64,000 bases of DNA from the NCBI RefSeq assembly GCF_055900595.2, contig NZ_CM148325.1. The stretch is one strand, 5' to 3'. Below are positions 46,309 to 59,598 of the stretch, one piece after another. Position numbers and translations under genes: made by a program. Below the pieces are notes generated by a model. It made no database searches and was not told the origin of the DNA. It worked only from the letters and a program-made list of their open reading frames with translations. Each line of letters opens with the position of its first letter. Position 1 is the first letter of the stretch.

Positions 46309-47267
46309 CGATACGCGGCAACAAGATTAGCCATCATTTCGATATGTTCCGGTGTGGCATTAAGCGCCGGAATATATTCGTATTTTTTCCCGCCCGCACC
46401 GAGGAAGACCTCACGGTTTTGCTCGGCAATCTCTTCCAGCGTCTCCAGACAATCTGCAGCAAAGCCCGGGCACATCACCTGAATATGACCTACGCCTTTT
46501 TCTCCGAGCATTTTCAGCGTTTCATCGGTATAAGGCATTAGCCAGGGTTCCCGACCAAAACGCGACTGAAAGGTCATCATCACTTTTTCCGGAGCCATTC
46601 CCAGTGCGGAAGCCAGTTCACGTGTAGTTGTGCGACAACGTTGCGGGTAATCATCGCCTTCATCGGCATAACGCTGGGGAATGCCATGATAAGAGAGCAG
46701 CAGCAGATCCGGTTCGCCATGTTTGGCAAAAGAAGCACGTACGCTGTTCGCCAGTGCATTAATGTAATCGTGGTTATCGGCGTAATCACGAATAAACGAT
46801 ATCCCCGGAATGCTACGTTTGCGCGCCAGAATGCGTGCCAGTTCATCCCATACCGCACCGACCGTTGAACAGGAGTATTGCGGATAAAGCGGAAGCACCA
46901 CAATATGATCTACATGCTCTGCCAGGAGTTCATCTACGGCGCTTTCCAGTGATGGCGAGCCGTAGCTCATTCCCAGCGCTACGGGCGTCTCCGGTAAACG
47001 TTGTGCCAGCGCCTGCTGTTGCTGGCGGCTGTAAACCATCAGTGGCGAGCCGCCCTCCATCCAGACAGAGGCATACAACTTCGCCACACGCGGCGAGCGC
47101 AGCGGCAAAATCACGCCGTGCAGCAACGGCCACCACAACAGCCGTGAGGTATCAACCACGCGTCTGTCGCTTAAAAATTGTTTCAGGTAGCGTTTTACCG
47201 CTTCAGGAGTGGGGGCATCGGGTGTACCCAGGTTTGCCAGCAGAATACCGGTTTTAGTTTGACGCAT
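46305..47267 (-). CDS. hemH: Ferrochelatase
   Basis: 320 aa; conserved neighbourhood with adk. Confidence 0.9.
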   Translation of the reverse strand: MRQTKTGILLANLGTPDAPTPEAVKRYLKQFLSDRRVVDTSRLLWWPLLHGVILPLRSPRVAKLYASVWMEGGSPLMVYSRQQQQALAQRLPETPVALGMSYGSPSLESAVDELLAEHVDHIVVLPLYPQYSCSTVGAVWDELARILARKRSIPGISFIRDYADNHDYINALANSVRASFAKHGEPDLLLLSYHGIPQRYADEGDDYPQRCRTTTRELASALGMAPEKVMMTFQSRFGREPWLMPYTDETLKMLGEKGVGHIQVMCPGFAADCLETLEEIAEQNREVFLGAGGKKYEYIPALNATPEHIEMMANLVAAYR

Positions 47268-47398
47268 TACCGCCTCTTATCGATTCAACTTGTTGATAAT
47301 TGTAGCGGAAAAGTGAAGAAGAAGAACTAATTGCTGTGAGAGGTTTTGCCTGAGGAGGATGAGCAGACCTGCCCGAAAGCAGATCTGCTGCGGCTTAA

Positions 47399-48115
<717 letters not shown>

Positions 48116-48223
48116 TCAAGAAAGGCACCTGAGGCTGAAACGGTTAATGGCGAGATAATTTGCGGAAAGGACAGATGATGAAAAGAAAAATGCCGGATGA
48201 CACGAGGGTCATCCGGCATTACA

Positions 48224-50098
48224 TCAGGAAACCAGCAGCTGGTTCATACGACGAATAAACAGGTTCGGATCTTCCAGCGTACCGCGCTCTGCCAGCAGCG
48301 CCTGATCCAACAGTAATTCTACCCACTCGCTGAACTTCGCTTCATCTTCAGTATCTGCCGCACGTTTCACCAGTACGTGATCCGGGTTCAGTTCGAAGAT
48401 GTATTTCACTTCTGGTACTTTCTGGCCCGCCGCAGCGAACAGTTTCGCCATCTGGGTGCTCATTTCGTCCGCGTCGGTCGAAACGATCGCTGGCGTATCG
48501 GTCAGACGGTGGGTCAGACGGACATCTTTCACGCGCTCGCCGAGCAGGGCTTTCACACGGTCGATGAACGGAGTCAGTGCTTTCTCCGCTTCTTTCGCGT
48601 TCTCATCAACTTCGTCAGCCAGTTTTTCCAGCGACTCGTCAACTTTAGACACAGACTGGAACGGTTTACCGTCGAACTCAGTCAGATAGTTCATCATCCA
48701 CTCATCGATGCGGTCGGAAAGCAGCAGAACTTCGATGCCTTTCTTACGCAGCAGTTCCAGGTGCGGGCTGCTCTTCGCTGCCGCATAGCTGTCTGCGGTG
48801 ATGTAGTAGATTTTCTCCTGCCCTTCTTTCATGCGGGAAACGTAGTCTTCCAGAGACACGGTCTGCGCAGAAGAGTCGGTATGGGTAGAAGCAAAACGCA
48901 GCAGTTTGGCGATCGCTTCCTGGTTAGCGAAATCTTCCGCCGGACCTTCTTTCAGTACCAGGCCAAACTGTTGCCAGAAGGTCTGGTATTTTTCCGCGTC
49001 GTCTTTCGCCAGTTTTTCCAGCATTTGCAGCACACGCTTGGTCAGCGCATTGCGCAGGTTGCGGGTTACGGTGCTGTCCTGGAGGATTTCACGGGAAACG
49101 TTCAGCGGCAGATCGCTGGAGTCAATCAGACCACGCACGAAGCGCAGATAGTTCGGCATGAACTGTTCTGCGTCGTCCATGATGAACACACGCTGGACGT
49201 ACAGTTTCAGGCCGTGCTTATGATCGCGGTTCCACATATCCCACGGTGCCTGCGACGGAATATACAGCAGGCTGGTGTACTCCTGCTTACCTTCGACACG
49301 GTTGTGGCTCCAGGTCAGCGGATCGTTAAAGTCGTGAGCGATGTGTTTGTAGAACTCTTTGTACTCTTCATCGGTGATTTCCGACTTGTTACGAGTCCAC
49401 AGCGCCTGCGCTTTGTTGATTTTCTCCCAGGAGATAACGGTTTCGCCGTCTTTCTCTTCGCGTTTTTCGATCTCTACCGGCAGCGCGATATGGTCGGAGT
49501 ATTTGCTGATGATGGAACGCACGCGCCAGTCATCGAGGAACTCGTCTTCGCCTTCACGCAGATGCAGGGTGATTTCAGTACCACGATCTTCTTTGGTGAT
49601 GTCGGCAACGGTATATTCACCTTCGCCAGCCGATTCCCAGAAGACGCCGTTTTCTGGTTTTTCGCCTGCCGCGCGAGTACGCACGGTCACTTTGTCGGCC
49701 ACGATAAACGCAGAGTAGAAACCAACACCAAACTGACCGATCAGTTGGCTGTCTTTCGCCTGGTCAGAACCCAGGGATTCGAGGAATGATTTGGTGCCGG
49801 ATTTAGCGATAGTCCCCAGATGGTCAATCACTTCGTCGCGGGTCATCCCCACGCCGTTATCGGAGATGGTAAGCGTGCGCTTGTCTTTATCGAAAGAGAC
49901 ACGAACGCGCAGTTCGCCATCACCTTCGTACAGGTCCGGGTTGGAGAGCGCGCGGAAACGCAGCTTGTCCGCCGCATCGGAGGCGTTAGAGATAAGCTCA
50001 CGCAGGAAGATTTCTTTATTGGAATAGAGAGAATGGATCATCAGGTGCAGAAGTTGTTTCACTTCTGACTGAAAACCACGAGTTTCTTGTCCTTTCAT
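48224..50098 (-). CDS. htpG: Chaperone HtpG (Hsp90)
   Basis: 624 aa; N-terminal GHKL ATPase motifs. Confidence 0.95.
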   Translation of the reverse strand: MKGQETRGFQSEVKQLLHLMIHSLYSNKEIFLRELISNASDAADKLRFRALSNPDLYEGDGELRVRVSFDKDKRTLTISDNGVGMTRDEVIDHLGTIAKSGTKSFLESLGSDQAKDSQLIGQFGVGFYSAFIVADKVTVRTRAAGEKPENGVFWESAGEGEYTVADITKEDRGTEITLHLREGEDEFLDDWRVRSIISKYSDHIALPVEIEKREEKDGETVISWEKINKAQALWTRNKSEITDEEYKEFYKHIAHDFNDPLTWSHNRVEGKQEYTSLLYIPSQAPWDMWNRDHKHGLKLYVQRVFIMDDAEQFMPNYLRFVRGLIDSSDLPLNVSREILQDSTVTRNLRNALTKRVLQMLEKLAKDDAEKYQTFWQQFGLVLKEGPAEDFANQEAIAKLLRFASTHTDSSAQTVSLEDYVSRMKEGQEKIYYITADSYAAAKSSPHLELLRKKGIEVLLLSDRIDEWMMNYLTEFDGKPFQSVSKVDESLEKLADEVDENAKEAEKALTPFIDRVKALLGERVKDVRLTHRLTDTPAIVSTDADEMSTQMAKLFAAAGQKVPEVKYIFELNPDHVLVKRAADTEDEAKFSEWVELLLDQALLAERGTLEDPNLFIRRMNQLLVS

Positions 50099-50207
50099 GT
50101 AGGTCTACCTCAATAATGCCATTTTAAGGTTAAAAACAGGATGAGGGAGAGATGGGGACAAGGGAGAATAATTTCAAGCGAGAGCAGGTGATCCTGCTCT
50201 CGTTTGC

Positions 50208-50812
50208 TTAAAAACGAATCTTATGACGCCCGGCAAGGGAGTGTGACAGCGTGGTGCCATCGACCATTTCCAGCTCGCCGCCAACCGGTACGCCATGAGC
50301 GATTCGGCTGGCTTCCACGTCATATTGCGCGCAAAGCTCGGCAATGTAGTTAGCGGTAGCTTCACCTTCAACCGTGGGGTTGGTGGCTAGGATCACTTCA
50401 GTGATTTTTTCCTCTGCCAGACGCTGTTCCAGACGATCAAGGCCGATATCATCCGGACCGATGCCGTCCAGCGGTGACAGATGTCCCATCAACACAAAAT
50501 AACGACCTGAAAACTGCCCCGTCTGCTCAATGGCATAAATGTCCGCCGGACTCTCCACCACGCAGATTTGACCGTTTTCCTGACGACGCGGATTCGAACA
50601 GATGTTACAGACTTCCTGTTCGGTGAAAGTGCGGCAATCGGCGCAGTGGCCGATTTCCGACATCGCCCGGGTGAGCGCCTGCGCCAGACGCATCCCGCCG
50701 CTACGATCGCGCTGAAGCAGCGTGAACGCCATACGCTGCGCCGACTTCGGGCCAACGCCCGGCAGACAGCGCAGTGCTTCCATAAGCTGTGTTAACAGCG
50801 GGCTGGTTTGCA

Positions 50813-50813
<1 letters not shown>
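50208..50813 (-). CDS. recR: Recombination protein RecR
   Basis: 201 aa; C4 zinc finger ([16 protein letters not shown]) and Toprim region. Confidence 0.95.
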
Positions 50814-51157
<344 letters not shown>

Positions 51158-51194
51158 TCACGTTAAGGATGACGAACGTAAGCTGTGCTTACGA

Positions 51195-53126
51195 TCAAAT
51201 GGGGCGGATACTTTCTTCATCCAGCTCCGCATCGAAGAATCGACGCAGGGTCTGAATATTATTATCCGCAATAATGGACTCGCGCGCCTGCGCAAGTTTT
51301 TCTTCGTATATCGCCTGACGCCATTCCAGCGGCGTGCGCACCGCGGGATTATCATCTTCAACGATAGTCAGTTCAACCGTTGAACCTTTTAACGTGCTCA
51401 ACGCTTCAGCCAGTTTTTGCTGTGCACCGCGGTTGTTTAAATGCCGCTGAGAGGAGCGCAAATGCAGACATACTGCGTTGTCGCTCTCCTCTTTCCAAGC
51501 ATTTAACGCCACCTGTTCGACCAGTTTTGGTAGCGAAAGTTGGCTCACCTGTGCCGCCCAAGGATCGCGGTCAATGGCTTCTGCCGCCAGCTTTGCCGCC
51601 AGTTCCGGCGTTTTTTCATGTTCCAGCGCTTTTTTCAGCGCCTTCGGCGTGGCGACCACCTCTTTTTGCTGCATCACTGGAGTGGTAGCCTTCCAGCGAT
51701 ACGCTTCTTTTTTGGCTGGTGCTTTTTCCAGCGCCGATGGCCCCGGACGCGCCTGAACGCGATCGGTGACCGAAGCCAGTCTTTCCAGCGCAGCGTTATT
51801 CACCGGCCGCGCGCGGGTAGCGGCTGCCGGTTCACTCTTTTTTGCTTTGGTTGCTCCCTGTGCGCGCTGCAGTTGTTGGCGCGCTGCCAGCACCTGGCTG
51901 GTGGTTTCTGAGAGCGGTACAGTCGGTGCCTGCTGCGGTGCTGATTGCGGTTGCGGCGGCACCTGGGTTGGCGTCATTACTGCCGTTGGCGCGACGGGCG
52001 CAAAAGACTGGCGTGGCACTTCTGGCTCAGGCAGCGGCATACGCGGATGAAACGCCAGTGCGCGCAACAGTGTCATCTCAACGCCCATGCGGCGGTCCGG
52101 CGCATACGGTAATTCTTTGCGACCAATCAACAGCGTTTGATAGTAAAGCTGAATATCCGTCGGCGGTATGGTGCGCGCCAGTTCACGCATCCGCAGCTCG
52201 ATGGCGGCCATGTCGTTGCCCAGCGCAGCAGGGGAAAGTTGCACCATTGCAATGCGGTGCAACAGGCCGAGCATTTCTACCAGCAACGCTTCCCACTCAA
52301 TACCACGAGCGGCGGCTTCATTAATCAGCGACATTACACGCTCGCCGTTGGCTTCAACCATCGCTTCAACCAGCGACAGCGCCTGATCGTCGTCAAGCGT
52401 ACCCAGCATCGCACTGACCGCCTGGGTTGAAACCTGGCCGTCACCGCTGGCAATTGCCTGGTCGGTTAAACTTAGGGCATCTCGCAAGCTGCCTTCAGCG
52501 GCGCGCGCCAGCAGTTGCAGCGCCCGCGGCTCGTGAGCGATATGTTCTTCGTTGAGGATGTGCTCAAGCTGATGGCGAATTTGCTCGACATCCAGCGCCT
52601 TGAGATGAAATTGCAGGCAGCGTGACAAAATCGTCACCGGCAATTTCTGCGGATCGGTCGTCGCCAGCAGAAACTTGACGTGCTCCGGCGGTTCTTCAAG
52701 GGTTTTTAACAGTGCGTTAAAGCTGTGGCGCGACAGCATATGCACTTCGTCGATCAGATAAACTTTAAAACGACCACGCGCTGGCGCGTACTGGACGTTA
52801 TCCAGCAGGTCGCGGGTATCTTCGACTTTGGTGCGCGAGGCGGCGTCGATTTCAATCAGATCGACAAAGCGCCCCTGCTCAATTTCACGACAGTTATCGC
52901 ACACGCCGCACGGCGTCGCGGTAATGCCGGTTTCGCAGTTTAGCCCCTTCGCCAGCAGTCGGGCGATAGAGGTTTTTCCGACGCCACGGGTGCCGGAAAA
53001 AAGATAAGCATGATGAATACGCCCTAACGACAAGCCGTTCGCCAGTGCGGTCAGCACATGTTCCTGGCCGACGACGTCAGCAAAGGTTTGTGGGCGCCAT
53101 TTTCGGGCTAAGACCTGATAACTCAT
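51195..53126 (-). CDS. dnaX: DNA polymerase III tau/gamma subunits
   Basis: 643 aa; AAA+ motifs (GTRGVGKTS). Confidence 0.95.
   Translation of the reverse strand: MSYQVLARKWRPQTFADVVGQEHVLTALANGLSLGRIHHAYLFSGTRGVGKTSIARLLAKGLNCETGITATPCGVCDNCREIEQGRFVDLIEIDAASRTKVEDTRDLLDNVQYAPARGRFKVYLIDEVHMLSRHSFNALLKTLEEPPEHVKFLLATTDPQKLPVTILSRCLQFHLKALDVEQIRHQLEHILNEEHIAHEPRALQLLARAAEGSLRDALSLTDQAIASGDGQVSTQAVSAMLGTLDDDQALSLVEAMVEANGERVMSLINEAAARGIEWEALLVEMLGLLHRIAMVQLSPAALGNDMAAIELRMRELARTIPPTDIQLYYQTLLIGRKELPYAPDRRMGVEMTLLRALAFHPRMPLPEPEVPRQSFAPVAPTAVMTPTQVPPQPQSAPQQAPTVPLSETTSQVLAARQQLQRAQGATKAKKSEPAAATRARPVNNAALERLASVTDRVQARPGPSALEKAPAKKEAYRWKATTPVMQQKEVVATPKALKKALEHEKTPELAAKLAAEAIDRDPWAAQVSQLSLPKLVEQVALNAWKEESDNAVCLHLRSSQRHLNNRGAQQKLAEALSTLKGSTVELTIVEDDNPAVRTPLEWRQAIYEEKLAQARESIIADNNIQTLRRFFDAELDEESIRPI
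51837..51843 (-). other. dnaX: dnaX programmed -1 frameshift slippery site (A AAA AAG)
   Basis: Minus-strand mRNA reads GCA AAA AAG AGU GAA, followed by a GC-rich stem-loop, as in the known dnaX gamma-subunit recoding site. Confidence 0.8.
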
Positions 53127-53254
53127 TGGCAGGCTCTGAAACGCTGGAAGGTGGATTCACGAAGGGGTAATGCTAACACAGCCCCGTCAGAACGGCGAGG
53201 CTGAATGCACATCTTGTGCTGTCCGTAGCGTGGGCAGCACAAGACTGGCAATAA

Positions 53255-53806
53255 TTAATGGCCCGGGAACGGGACAAGGCTGTAGCTGGTAATGCCCTGT
53301 TTTTCCAGACGCTGTTCGCCGCCGAGATCGAACAGGTTGATAATGAACGCAGCATCAGCCACTTCACCACCCAGACGACGGATCAGTTTAACGGTCGCTT
53401 CGATAGTGCCGCCGGTTGCCAGCAGATCGTCCACCACCAGAACTTTGTCGCCCGGTTTGATGGCATCAACGTGGATTTCCAGCTGATCGGTGCCGTATTC
53501 CAGGTCGTAAGTTTCACTGATGGTTTCACGCGGCAGTTTGCCCGGTTTACGGACCGGTACAAAGCCAACGCCCAGACCCAGAGCTACCGGAGCGCCAAAC
53601 AAGAAGCCACGCGCTTCGGTGCCGACAACTTTGGTAATGCCCGCATTTTTGTAACGCTCAACCAGTAAATCGATGCTGAGAGCGTAAGCTTTCGGGTCTT
53701 CCAGTAAGCTGGTGACATCGCGGAAAAGAATGCCGGGTTTTGGGTAGTCCTGAATGCTTTTGATGCTATTTTTGAGATACTCAAGCTGCTGTGCAGTCGC
53801 GGTCAT
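53255..53806 (-). CDS. apt: Adenine phosphoribosyltransferase
   Basis: 183 aa from [16 protein letters not shown]; PRPP-binding motif [13 protein letters not shown]. Confidence 0.95.
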
Positions 53807-53958
53807 AAGTGTATGCCTGCTTGTTACGGTGGTACTCACGGCGCGTTTTAAACGAGTCAAAAGTAACAGTTGTTTAACCTTTGACCGCCTGCGCCTGTGC
53901 TCGAAAACGCCAGAATGTACTGGCTGTGGGCGATAATTGCAACAGCGATTGTTGTGCT

Positions 53959-54336
53959 TCAGTGCTTTTCTTGCTTTTCATCAATCACCGGAATTCGCCA
54001 CATATAAAAAAGCAAACAGGCGAGAATTACCAGCAACATGATGCGCCCCCATGGCATCTGGACGAACCACAGAGAAATGGCAAACGTGAGTAAAATAAGC
54101 AAAATCGCCCGCGGTTTGACGCCGCGCGGCATCGCATGATGTTTCTGCCAGAAACGTAGATAGCTGCCAAACCATGAGCGGTAGAGCAACCAGGCGTGAA
54201 AGCGCGGGGAAGAACGGGCAAAGCACCAGGCCGCCAGCAGGATAAACGGCGTCGTCGGTAATACCGGTAATACCACGCCCAGCGTACCCAGCACTACCGC
54301 CAGCCAGCCAATGATGATTAAAATGATTCGTTGCAT
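53959..54336 (-). CDS. ybaN: Inner membrane protein YbaN (DUF454)
   Basis: 125 aa, multi-TM; conserved neighbourhood. Confidence 0.85.
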
Positions 54337-54405
54337 ATTGAGTGTTGTCAGCTTACAGAGTGGCTACTTTAGCATAACAATTATCATTTTCATTGAGGTC
54401 TTATC

Positions 54406-54933
54406 GTGAAAACCGCCCTGCTGCTGGAAAAACTGGAAGGACAGCTCGCCACGCTGCGTCAGCGTTGTGCCCCGGTAGCGCAATTTGCCACGCTAAGTGC
54501 CCGTTTTGACAGGCACCTTTTTCAGACCCGTGCGACAACACTACAGGCTTGTCTCGATGAGGCGGGCGATAATCTGGCTGCGCTTCGTCATGCGGTTGAG
54601 CAGCAACAGATGCCGCAAGTGGCCTGGCTGGCGGAACATCTGGCTGCACAACTGGAAGCCATCGCGCGTGAAGCCTCCGCCTGGTCATTGCGCGAGTGGG
54701 ACAGTGCGCCACCGAAAATTGCCCGCTGGCAGCGTAAACGTATTCAGCATCAGGATTTTGAGCGGCGACTTCGTGAGATGGTTGCCGAACGTAAAGCCCG
54801 CCTGGCGCGGGTGACCGATCTCGTGGAACAGCAAACGCTGCATCGTGAAGTAGAAGCCTATGAAGCACGCCTGGCACGCTGCCGTCATGCGCTGGAAAAA
54901 ATCGAAAACAGGATAGCGCGTTTAACTCGCTAG
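54406..54933 (+). CDS. priC: Primosomal replication protein N''
   Basis: 175 aa; conserved neighbourhood. Confidence 0.85.
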   Translation: MKTALLLEKLEGQLATLRQRCAPVAQFATLSARFDRHLFQTRATTLQACLDEAGDNLAALRHAVEQQQMPQVAWLAEHLAAQLEAIAREASAWSLREWDSAPPKIARWQRKRIQHQDFERRLREMVAERKARLARVTDLVEQQTLHREVEAYEARLARCRHALEKIENRIARLTR

Positions 54934-54946
54934 CAATGGAGAGAGT

Positions 54947-55108
54947 ATGTCACTGGAAAATGCCCCTGACGATGTCAAACTGGCCGTCGATTTGATTGTG
55001 CTGCTGGAAGAAAATCAGATCCCAGCCCGCACCGTACTGCGCGCGCTGGATATTGTAAAACGCGATTATGAAAAGAAATTAACGCGCGATGATGAGGCGG
55101 AAAAGTGA
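54947..55108 (+). CDS. ybaM: Small protein YbaM (DUF2496), 53 aa
   Basis: [53 protein letters not shown]; GGAGAGAG upstream. Below the ORF track size cutoff. Confidence 0.75.
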   Translation: MSLENAPDDVKLAVDLIVLLEENQIPARTVLRALDIVKRDYEKKLTRDDEAEK

Positions 55109-55159
55109 GAAATAAATGGGGCCGCTAAATGTCCCCTAAGATTGCGGGTAAACGCAAAA

Positions 55160-55262
55160 CTGCCTGATGCGCTACGCTTATCAGGCCTACACCGCTCCTG
55201 CAATATATTGAATTCTTGCGGTTTCGTAGGCCGGATAAGGCGGTCACGCCGCATCCGGCATG
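55160..55262. repeat. REP elements
   Basis: GCCTGATGCGCTACGCTTATCAGGCCTAC and GTAGGCCGGATAAGGCG...GCCGCATCCGGCA. Confidence 0.7.
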
Positions 55263-55319
55263 AACAACGCGCACTTTGTCAGTAATCTCGGGGCAACTAA
55301 ATGTCGCCCCCTTTGGTTA

Positions 55320-58300
55320 TTACCCTACCGCTGGTGTCGGATCGTCGCCTTTGTAGTCGCGTTTTACTTCCGTCACCTCATCGCCCTTCTCGTTGTGCAG
55401 ATGCACTTCAAGCTGGTTAAAGGCAATGTTGATGTCGTTTTCACGGCACAGCTGATCGATAGTACGGTTCAGCTCATCGACAGTACGGCTACGGTCACGC
55501 AGTTCACGCACATACAGACGCAGCTCATGATCCAACGTGCTGGCACCAAACGCCGTAAAGAAGACTTCCGGCATTGGTTCGTGCATCACCCTTGGGTGCT
55601 CAGTCGCCGCCTTCAGTAACACTTTACGCACTTTTTCCAGATCGGAGCCATAGGCCACACCGAGACGGATCACCAGACGCGTAGTAGTGTCAGTCAACGA
55701 CCAGTTGATCAGACGCTCGGTAACAAACGCTTTGTTCGGGATGATCACTTCTTTGCGATCGAAATCGGTAATCGTTGTCGCACGAATACGAATCTTACTT
55801 ACCGTCCCCGAGAAGCTACCAATGGTTACCGTATCGCCAATGCGTACCGGACGTTCGAACAGAATGATCAAACCGGAGACAAAGTTACCGAAGATCTCTT
55901 GTAAACCAAAACCAAGACCTACGGATAATGCTGCCGCCAGCCACTGGAGTTTATCCCACGAGACGCCCAGCGATCCGAACACCGTCATCGCACCAACGGC
56001 AATAATGATGTAGTTAAGGATGGTAGTAATGGCATACGACGCGCCCTGGCGCATATTCAGGCGCGAGAGCACCAACACTTCCAGCAAACCAGGCAGGTTG
56101 CGAATCAACGCCCAGGCTACCATTGAGGCGATAATCGCAAACAACAGACTGCCCATGGTGACGTTTTTCACCACCGCAGCGCCAGCTTCAGTGCCGTTGT
56201 AATGCCAGAGCGTGATGCTGTCGAGATAGCTGAACACGGTGATCAAATCTGACCAAATTGCCCAGAACATGACACCGAACAGCGCAAACATCAGCAACAT
56301 AGTAATACGCAGCGTCTGTTGGTTAACCTGCTCCAGTGCAATGGTTGGTTCTTCCGGCGGTTCGGCACCTTCTGCGCCCTCTTTCACCAGATTCTGTCGA
56401 CGCGCTAGCGCACGACGCCAGGCGATACGCCGCGCCGCTACGCTTAAGCCGCGCAATACCGTCTGGTACAGCAGGTTCCAGATAATCACCAGATACACGG
56501 TTTCAATCCAACGTCCGGAGAGGCGCAGTGTGGTGTAGAAATAACCCGTGGCGGTCAGCACCATCAACGCAATCGGGATTATCGACAGTATGGTAATGGT
56601 GACAAGTCGCATGGTGTGCGACTCTTTATCACGCCAGCTTTCGCGGCACATTGGCCATACCAGGAAGGCAATCAGCAGCAGGTTGAAGAAAATCATCGCC
56701 TGCCCCAGCACATCATCCATCAGATGCAGCGGGGAAAGTTCTGCCACCACAGACCAGAAATGGATAGGCAGCAACGCGAGACTGATGCGGACAATTTGCC
56801 GACGCCAGTGGCTGGTCTGCTGTTCCGGCATGCCGAAGTGACGCACGGCAACACCGTTTTTCTCCAGTACCTTCCAGCACAGGCCAAACACCAGCCAGAA
56901 AATCGCCAGTTTTTTACTGAACGACCATAGCAGTTCGCTGATGTTGAGCTGCATGGTCAACAGAATCAGGCCAACCGCGAGAATAATCAGGCACACCGGC
57001 AGCGCACGGATCAGGTCGATAAGGATCGCTTTTGGTGTGTTGAGCTGGCTGTCGTTACGCAGGGAACCCACAGCGGAAGCCAGTTTTTGTTGATACGCTT
57101 TCAGCCAGCCCAGACGCCAGTGGATCAGCCCGGCAATTAATAGCAGTGGCAAACCAGCGAGGAAAGCGATAAAGACGGCAGGCCAGGCTTTTTCCCAGTT
57201 TACCGTGATCTTCATCGACTTAAATTCATCTTTCAGCGTTTGTGGGAACGCTTTGATCCAGTCCCAGTCCATTGGACGGTTACTGTTCACCCAAAAGATT
57301 TGCTGAGTCAGGATCGATTTCAGGTTTTTCGACACGCTCATTAACTGCTGCTGGTTGATTTGCAGGTTAATGGCCATCATCAGCTGGTTACCCAACTGTT
57401 TGTTAAGCTGATCCAGCAATTCGCGACGCATATCAACTACTTGCAATAACGCATCGTGAACTTCGCTGTTGACTTCGTTGGTGTGACCTTCTTCCAGTTT
57501 GTTGACGAACGCATCGCTCTGGAAGAGTGCATCACGCTGCTGGTTAACTTCAAACTGTTCGAGACGCAAATCCGCGATGCGGTTGGTCATGTTTTCCAGT
57601 TCATCCGCCGAGGGCAGCGTTTGTTGTTGCTGGTAAAGGATACGAGACAACAGCAGACTGCCCTTCAGGACGGCAATCTGCTCCTTAATATTTCGTTCCG
57701 ATTGCAGCGCCCGCTCAAGCCAGTTTTTGACTTTAATGTTTTGCTGCATTAGCTGATTACCGTTTTCAGTCGCGGTAATCAGACGCTGACTCAACTGCTG
57801 GTTAATTTCCAGTTCCTGTTTCACCAGAGGATTAGCCTGAATACGTGCAGCTTCATCCGGGGAGACGGCTTCCTGCGCCGTTTTTTCGGTTAAGGTCAGG
57901 CGCTTACTGTTTACCGCTTCTTGCAACAGTTGCAACTGGTGTTCCAGACGAGCACTGTTCGCCGTCACGTAATCACGCTGCTTTTGCAAGGTATCCTGTA
58001 AGACGGTGTTCCCTTCCAGGCTTTTTCGCTGCTGGTCAATCTCAGCATTCAGCAAAACCTGCTGGGCCTGCATCAACACTTTCTGGCTGGGACGTAAGGC
58101 AGTATCGCCAACATCAGTGCCATCCAGGCGGCTGCGAATTTGTTGCAGCTGCTGCGAAGCGTTATACATCGCATTTTGCACGCGTTCGGGCTGCGTCTGT
58201 AACGAAACCAGCTGGCTGTTATAAGACGCCAGATCGTTTTGTGCGTTTTGCAAATCGTCCAGCGCCTGGGCAACGCGAGTTTCCAGCTGGCGCAACGAAA

Positions 58301-58682
58301 GCGTGCTCAGAATTTTGCGCGTTTCTTCGTCGTTATCGACATCGCTAAGTGCTGTTAACGCCGCGGTCGCCTGACGCATTTTTTCCGGCGCTTCAGCGAC
58401 TTTTTGCCGTAGCTGAACTGTCTCTTCTTTTATGCGATCGATTTTATCGAGGGTGGCTAATGTATCTGTCAGATCCTGCTGCACCAGTTTGTCCTGAGCA
58501 GAAAGATCTTTTTGTTTATTCAGTGAGTCAAGTTGTGCCTGCAGGTCCGCTTTTGTTGGCAGATCACCATTCGATGGCGCCCGCGCAAACGCCGTGTTCT
58601 GGCATAACAAGACAAAAACAAAAGCAATAAATGCTGAAAAAACAAAATGCCGTGATCGTTTGTAATACTGGAACATAGTCAT
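55320..58682 (-). CDS. mscK: Mechanosensitive K+-regulated channel MscK (KefA)
   Basis: 1120 aa; long coiled-coil periplasmic region, multi-TM, C-terminal MscS-like domain. Confidence 0.95.
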   Translation of the reverse strand: MTMFQYYKRSRHFVFSAFIAFVFVLLCQNTAFARAPSNGDLPTKADLQAQLDSLNKQKDLSAQDKLVQQDLTDTLATLDKIDRIKEETVQLRQKVAEAPEKMRQATAALTALSDVDNDEETRKILSTLSLRQLETRVAQALDDLQNAQNDLASYNSQLVSLQTQPERVQNAMYNASQQLQQIRSRLDGTDVGDTALRPSQKVLMQAQQVLLNAEIDQQRKSLEGNTVLQDTLQKQRDYVTANSARLEHQLQLLQEAVNSKRLTLTEKTAQEAVSPDEAARIQANPLVKQELEINQQLSQRLITATENGNQLMQQNIKVKNWLERALQSERNIKEQIAVLKGSLLLSRILYQQQQTLPSADELENMTNRIADLRLEQFEVNQQRDALFQSDAFVNKLEEGHTNEVNSEVHDALLQVVDMRRELLDQLNKQLGNQLMMAINLQINQQQLMSVSKNLKSILTQQIFWVNSNRPMDWDWIKAFPQTLKDEFKSMKITVNWEKAWPAVFIAFLAGLPLLLIAGLIHWRLGWLKAYQQKLASAVGSLRNDSQLNTPKAILIDLIRALPVCLIILAVGLILLTMQLNISELLWSFSKKLAIFWLVFGLCWKVLEKNGVAVRHFGMPEQQTSHWRRQIVRISLALLPIHFWSVVAELSPLHLMDDVLGQAMIFFNLLLIAFLVWPMCRESWRDKESHTMRLVTITILSIIPIALMVLTATGYFYTTLRLSGRWIETVYLVIIWNLLYQTVLRGLSVAARRIAWRRALARRQNLVKEGAEGAEPPEEPTIALEQVNQQTLRITMLLMFALFGVMFWAIWSDLITVFSYLDSITLWHYNGTEAGAAVVKNVTMGSLLFAIIASMVAWALIRNLPGLLEVLVLSRLNMRQGASYAITTILNYIIIAVGAMTVFGSLGVSWDKLQWLAAALSVGLGFGLQEIFGNFVSGLIILFERPVRIGDTVTIGSFSGTVSKIRIRATTITDFDRKEVIIPNKAFVTERLINWSLTDTTTRLVIRLGVAYGSDLEKVRKVLLKAATEHPRVMHEPMPEVFFTAFGASTLDHELRLYVRELRDRSRTVDELNRTIDQLCRENDINIAFNQLEVHLHNEKGDEVTEVKRDYKGDDPTPAVG

Positions 58683-58809
58683 GATGAATGAAGGTTTCTG
58701 AACCTGAAGAACGACCTGAAAAAGTCAAACCGCAAGAATATCACGACGCAGTGAACCAGAATAGCAACGACGAAAATGTCCAGGAAAAATCCTGGAGTCA
58801 GATTCAGGG

Positions 58810-59457
58810 TTATTCGTTAGTGGCAGGATTACGAAGCGTGGGGCACAGGAGATACATCTCCAGTAAGATGGCGACGTAATCGCGGGCTTCTTTTTTAAGA
58901 TCAAAAGATTGCGGGGCAAAGAGCCAGTTTTCCATCAGGCCGGAAATATAGCCGCGCATAATAATTGCTGCGCGACGCGTCATTAAATCCGCAGGCAACA
59001 TTTTCGCTTCAATACAATGTTTTAACGTTTGTTCTATACGGTCATAACTTTCCAGACAGAGATTACGTTGTGCCTGTTGCACAACAGCCATTTCTCCGAC
59101 AAATTCGCATTTGTGGAATATAATCTCCATCAATAATCGACGCCGTTCTTCTGTCACCGTGGATTCAAGAACATGAATTAATATCTCTCTTAATACTGAG
59201 AGTGGATCGCCAGGGAATTTTGCCTGATACTCAAGCTCTAGTTCACCAATATTGGATTCTGACAGTTCCCAGATCTCACTGAACAAATCCGACTTGTCTT
59301 TAAAATGCCAGTAGATTGCACCGCGCGTAACGCCAGCTGCTTTTGCAATCTCACCCAGCGAGGTGGATGATACCCCCTGCTGTGAGAAAAGACGTAGAGC
59401 CACATCGAGGATGTGTTGGCGCGTTTCCTGCGCTTCTTGTTTGGTTTTTCGTGCCAT
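58810..59457 (-). CDS. acrR: TetR-family repressor AcrR
   Basis: 215 aa with N-terminal TetR HTH; divergent from acrA. Confidence 0.95.
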
Positions 59458-59485
59458 ATGTTCGTGAATTTACAGGCGTTAGATT

Positions 59486-59509
59486 TACATACATTTATGA
59501 ATGTATGTA
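59486..59509. promoter_or_regulatory. AcrR operator in the acrR-acrAB divergent promoter region
   Basis: Perfect 24-bp palindrome TACATACATTTATGAATGTATGTA. Confidence 0.8.
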
Positions 59510-59598
59510 CCATAGCACGACGATAATATAAACGCAGCAATGGGTTTATTAACTTTTGACCATTGACCAATTTGAAATCGGACACTCGAGGTTTACAT

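Noticed and set aside
48377-49789. 470-aa plus-strand ORF
   Set aside because: Entirely antisense to htpG, which is confidently identified; no independent start signals.
58688-58879. 63-aa plus-strand ORF between mscK and acrR
   Set aside because: Overlaps the 3' end of acrR on the opposite strand and has no convincing ribosome-binding site.
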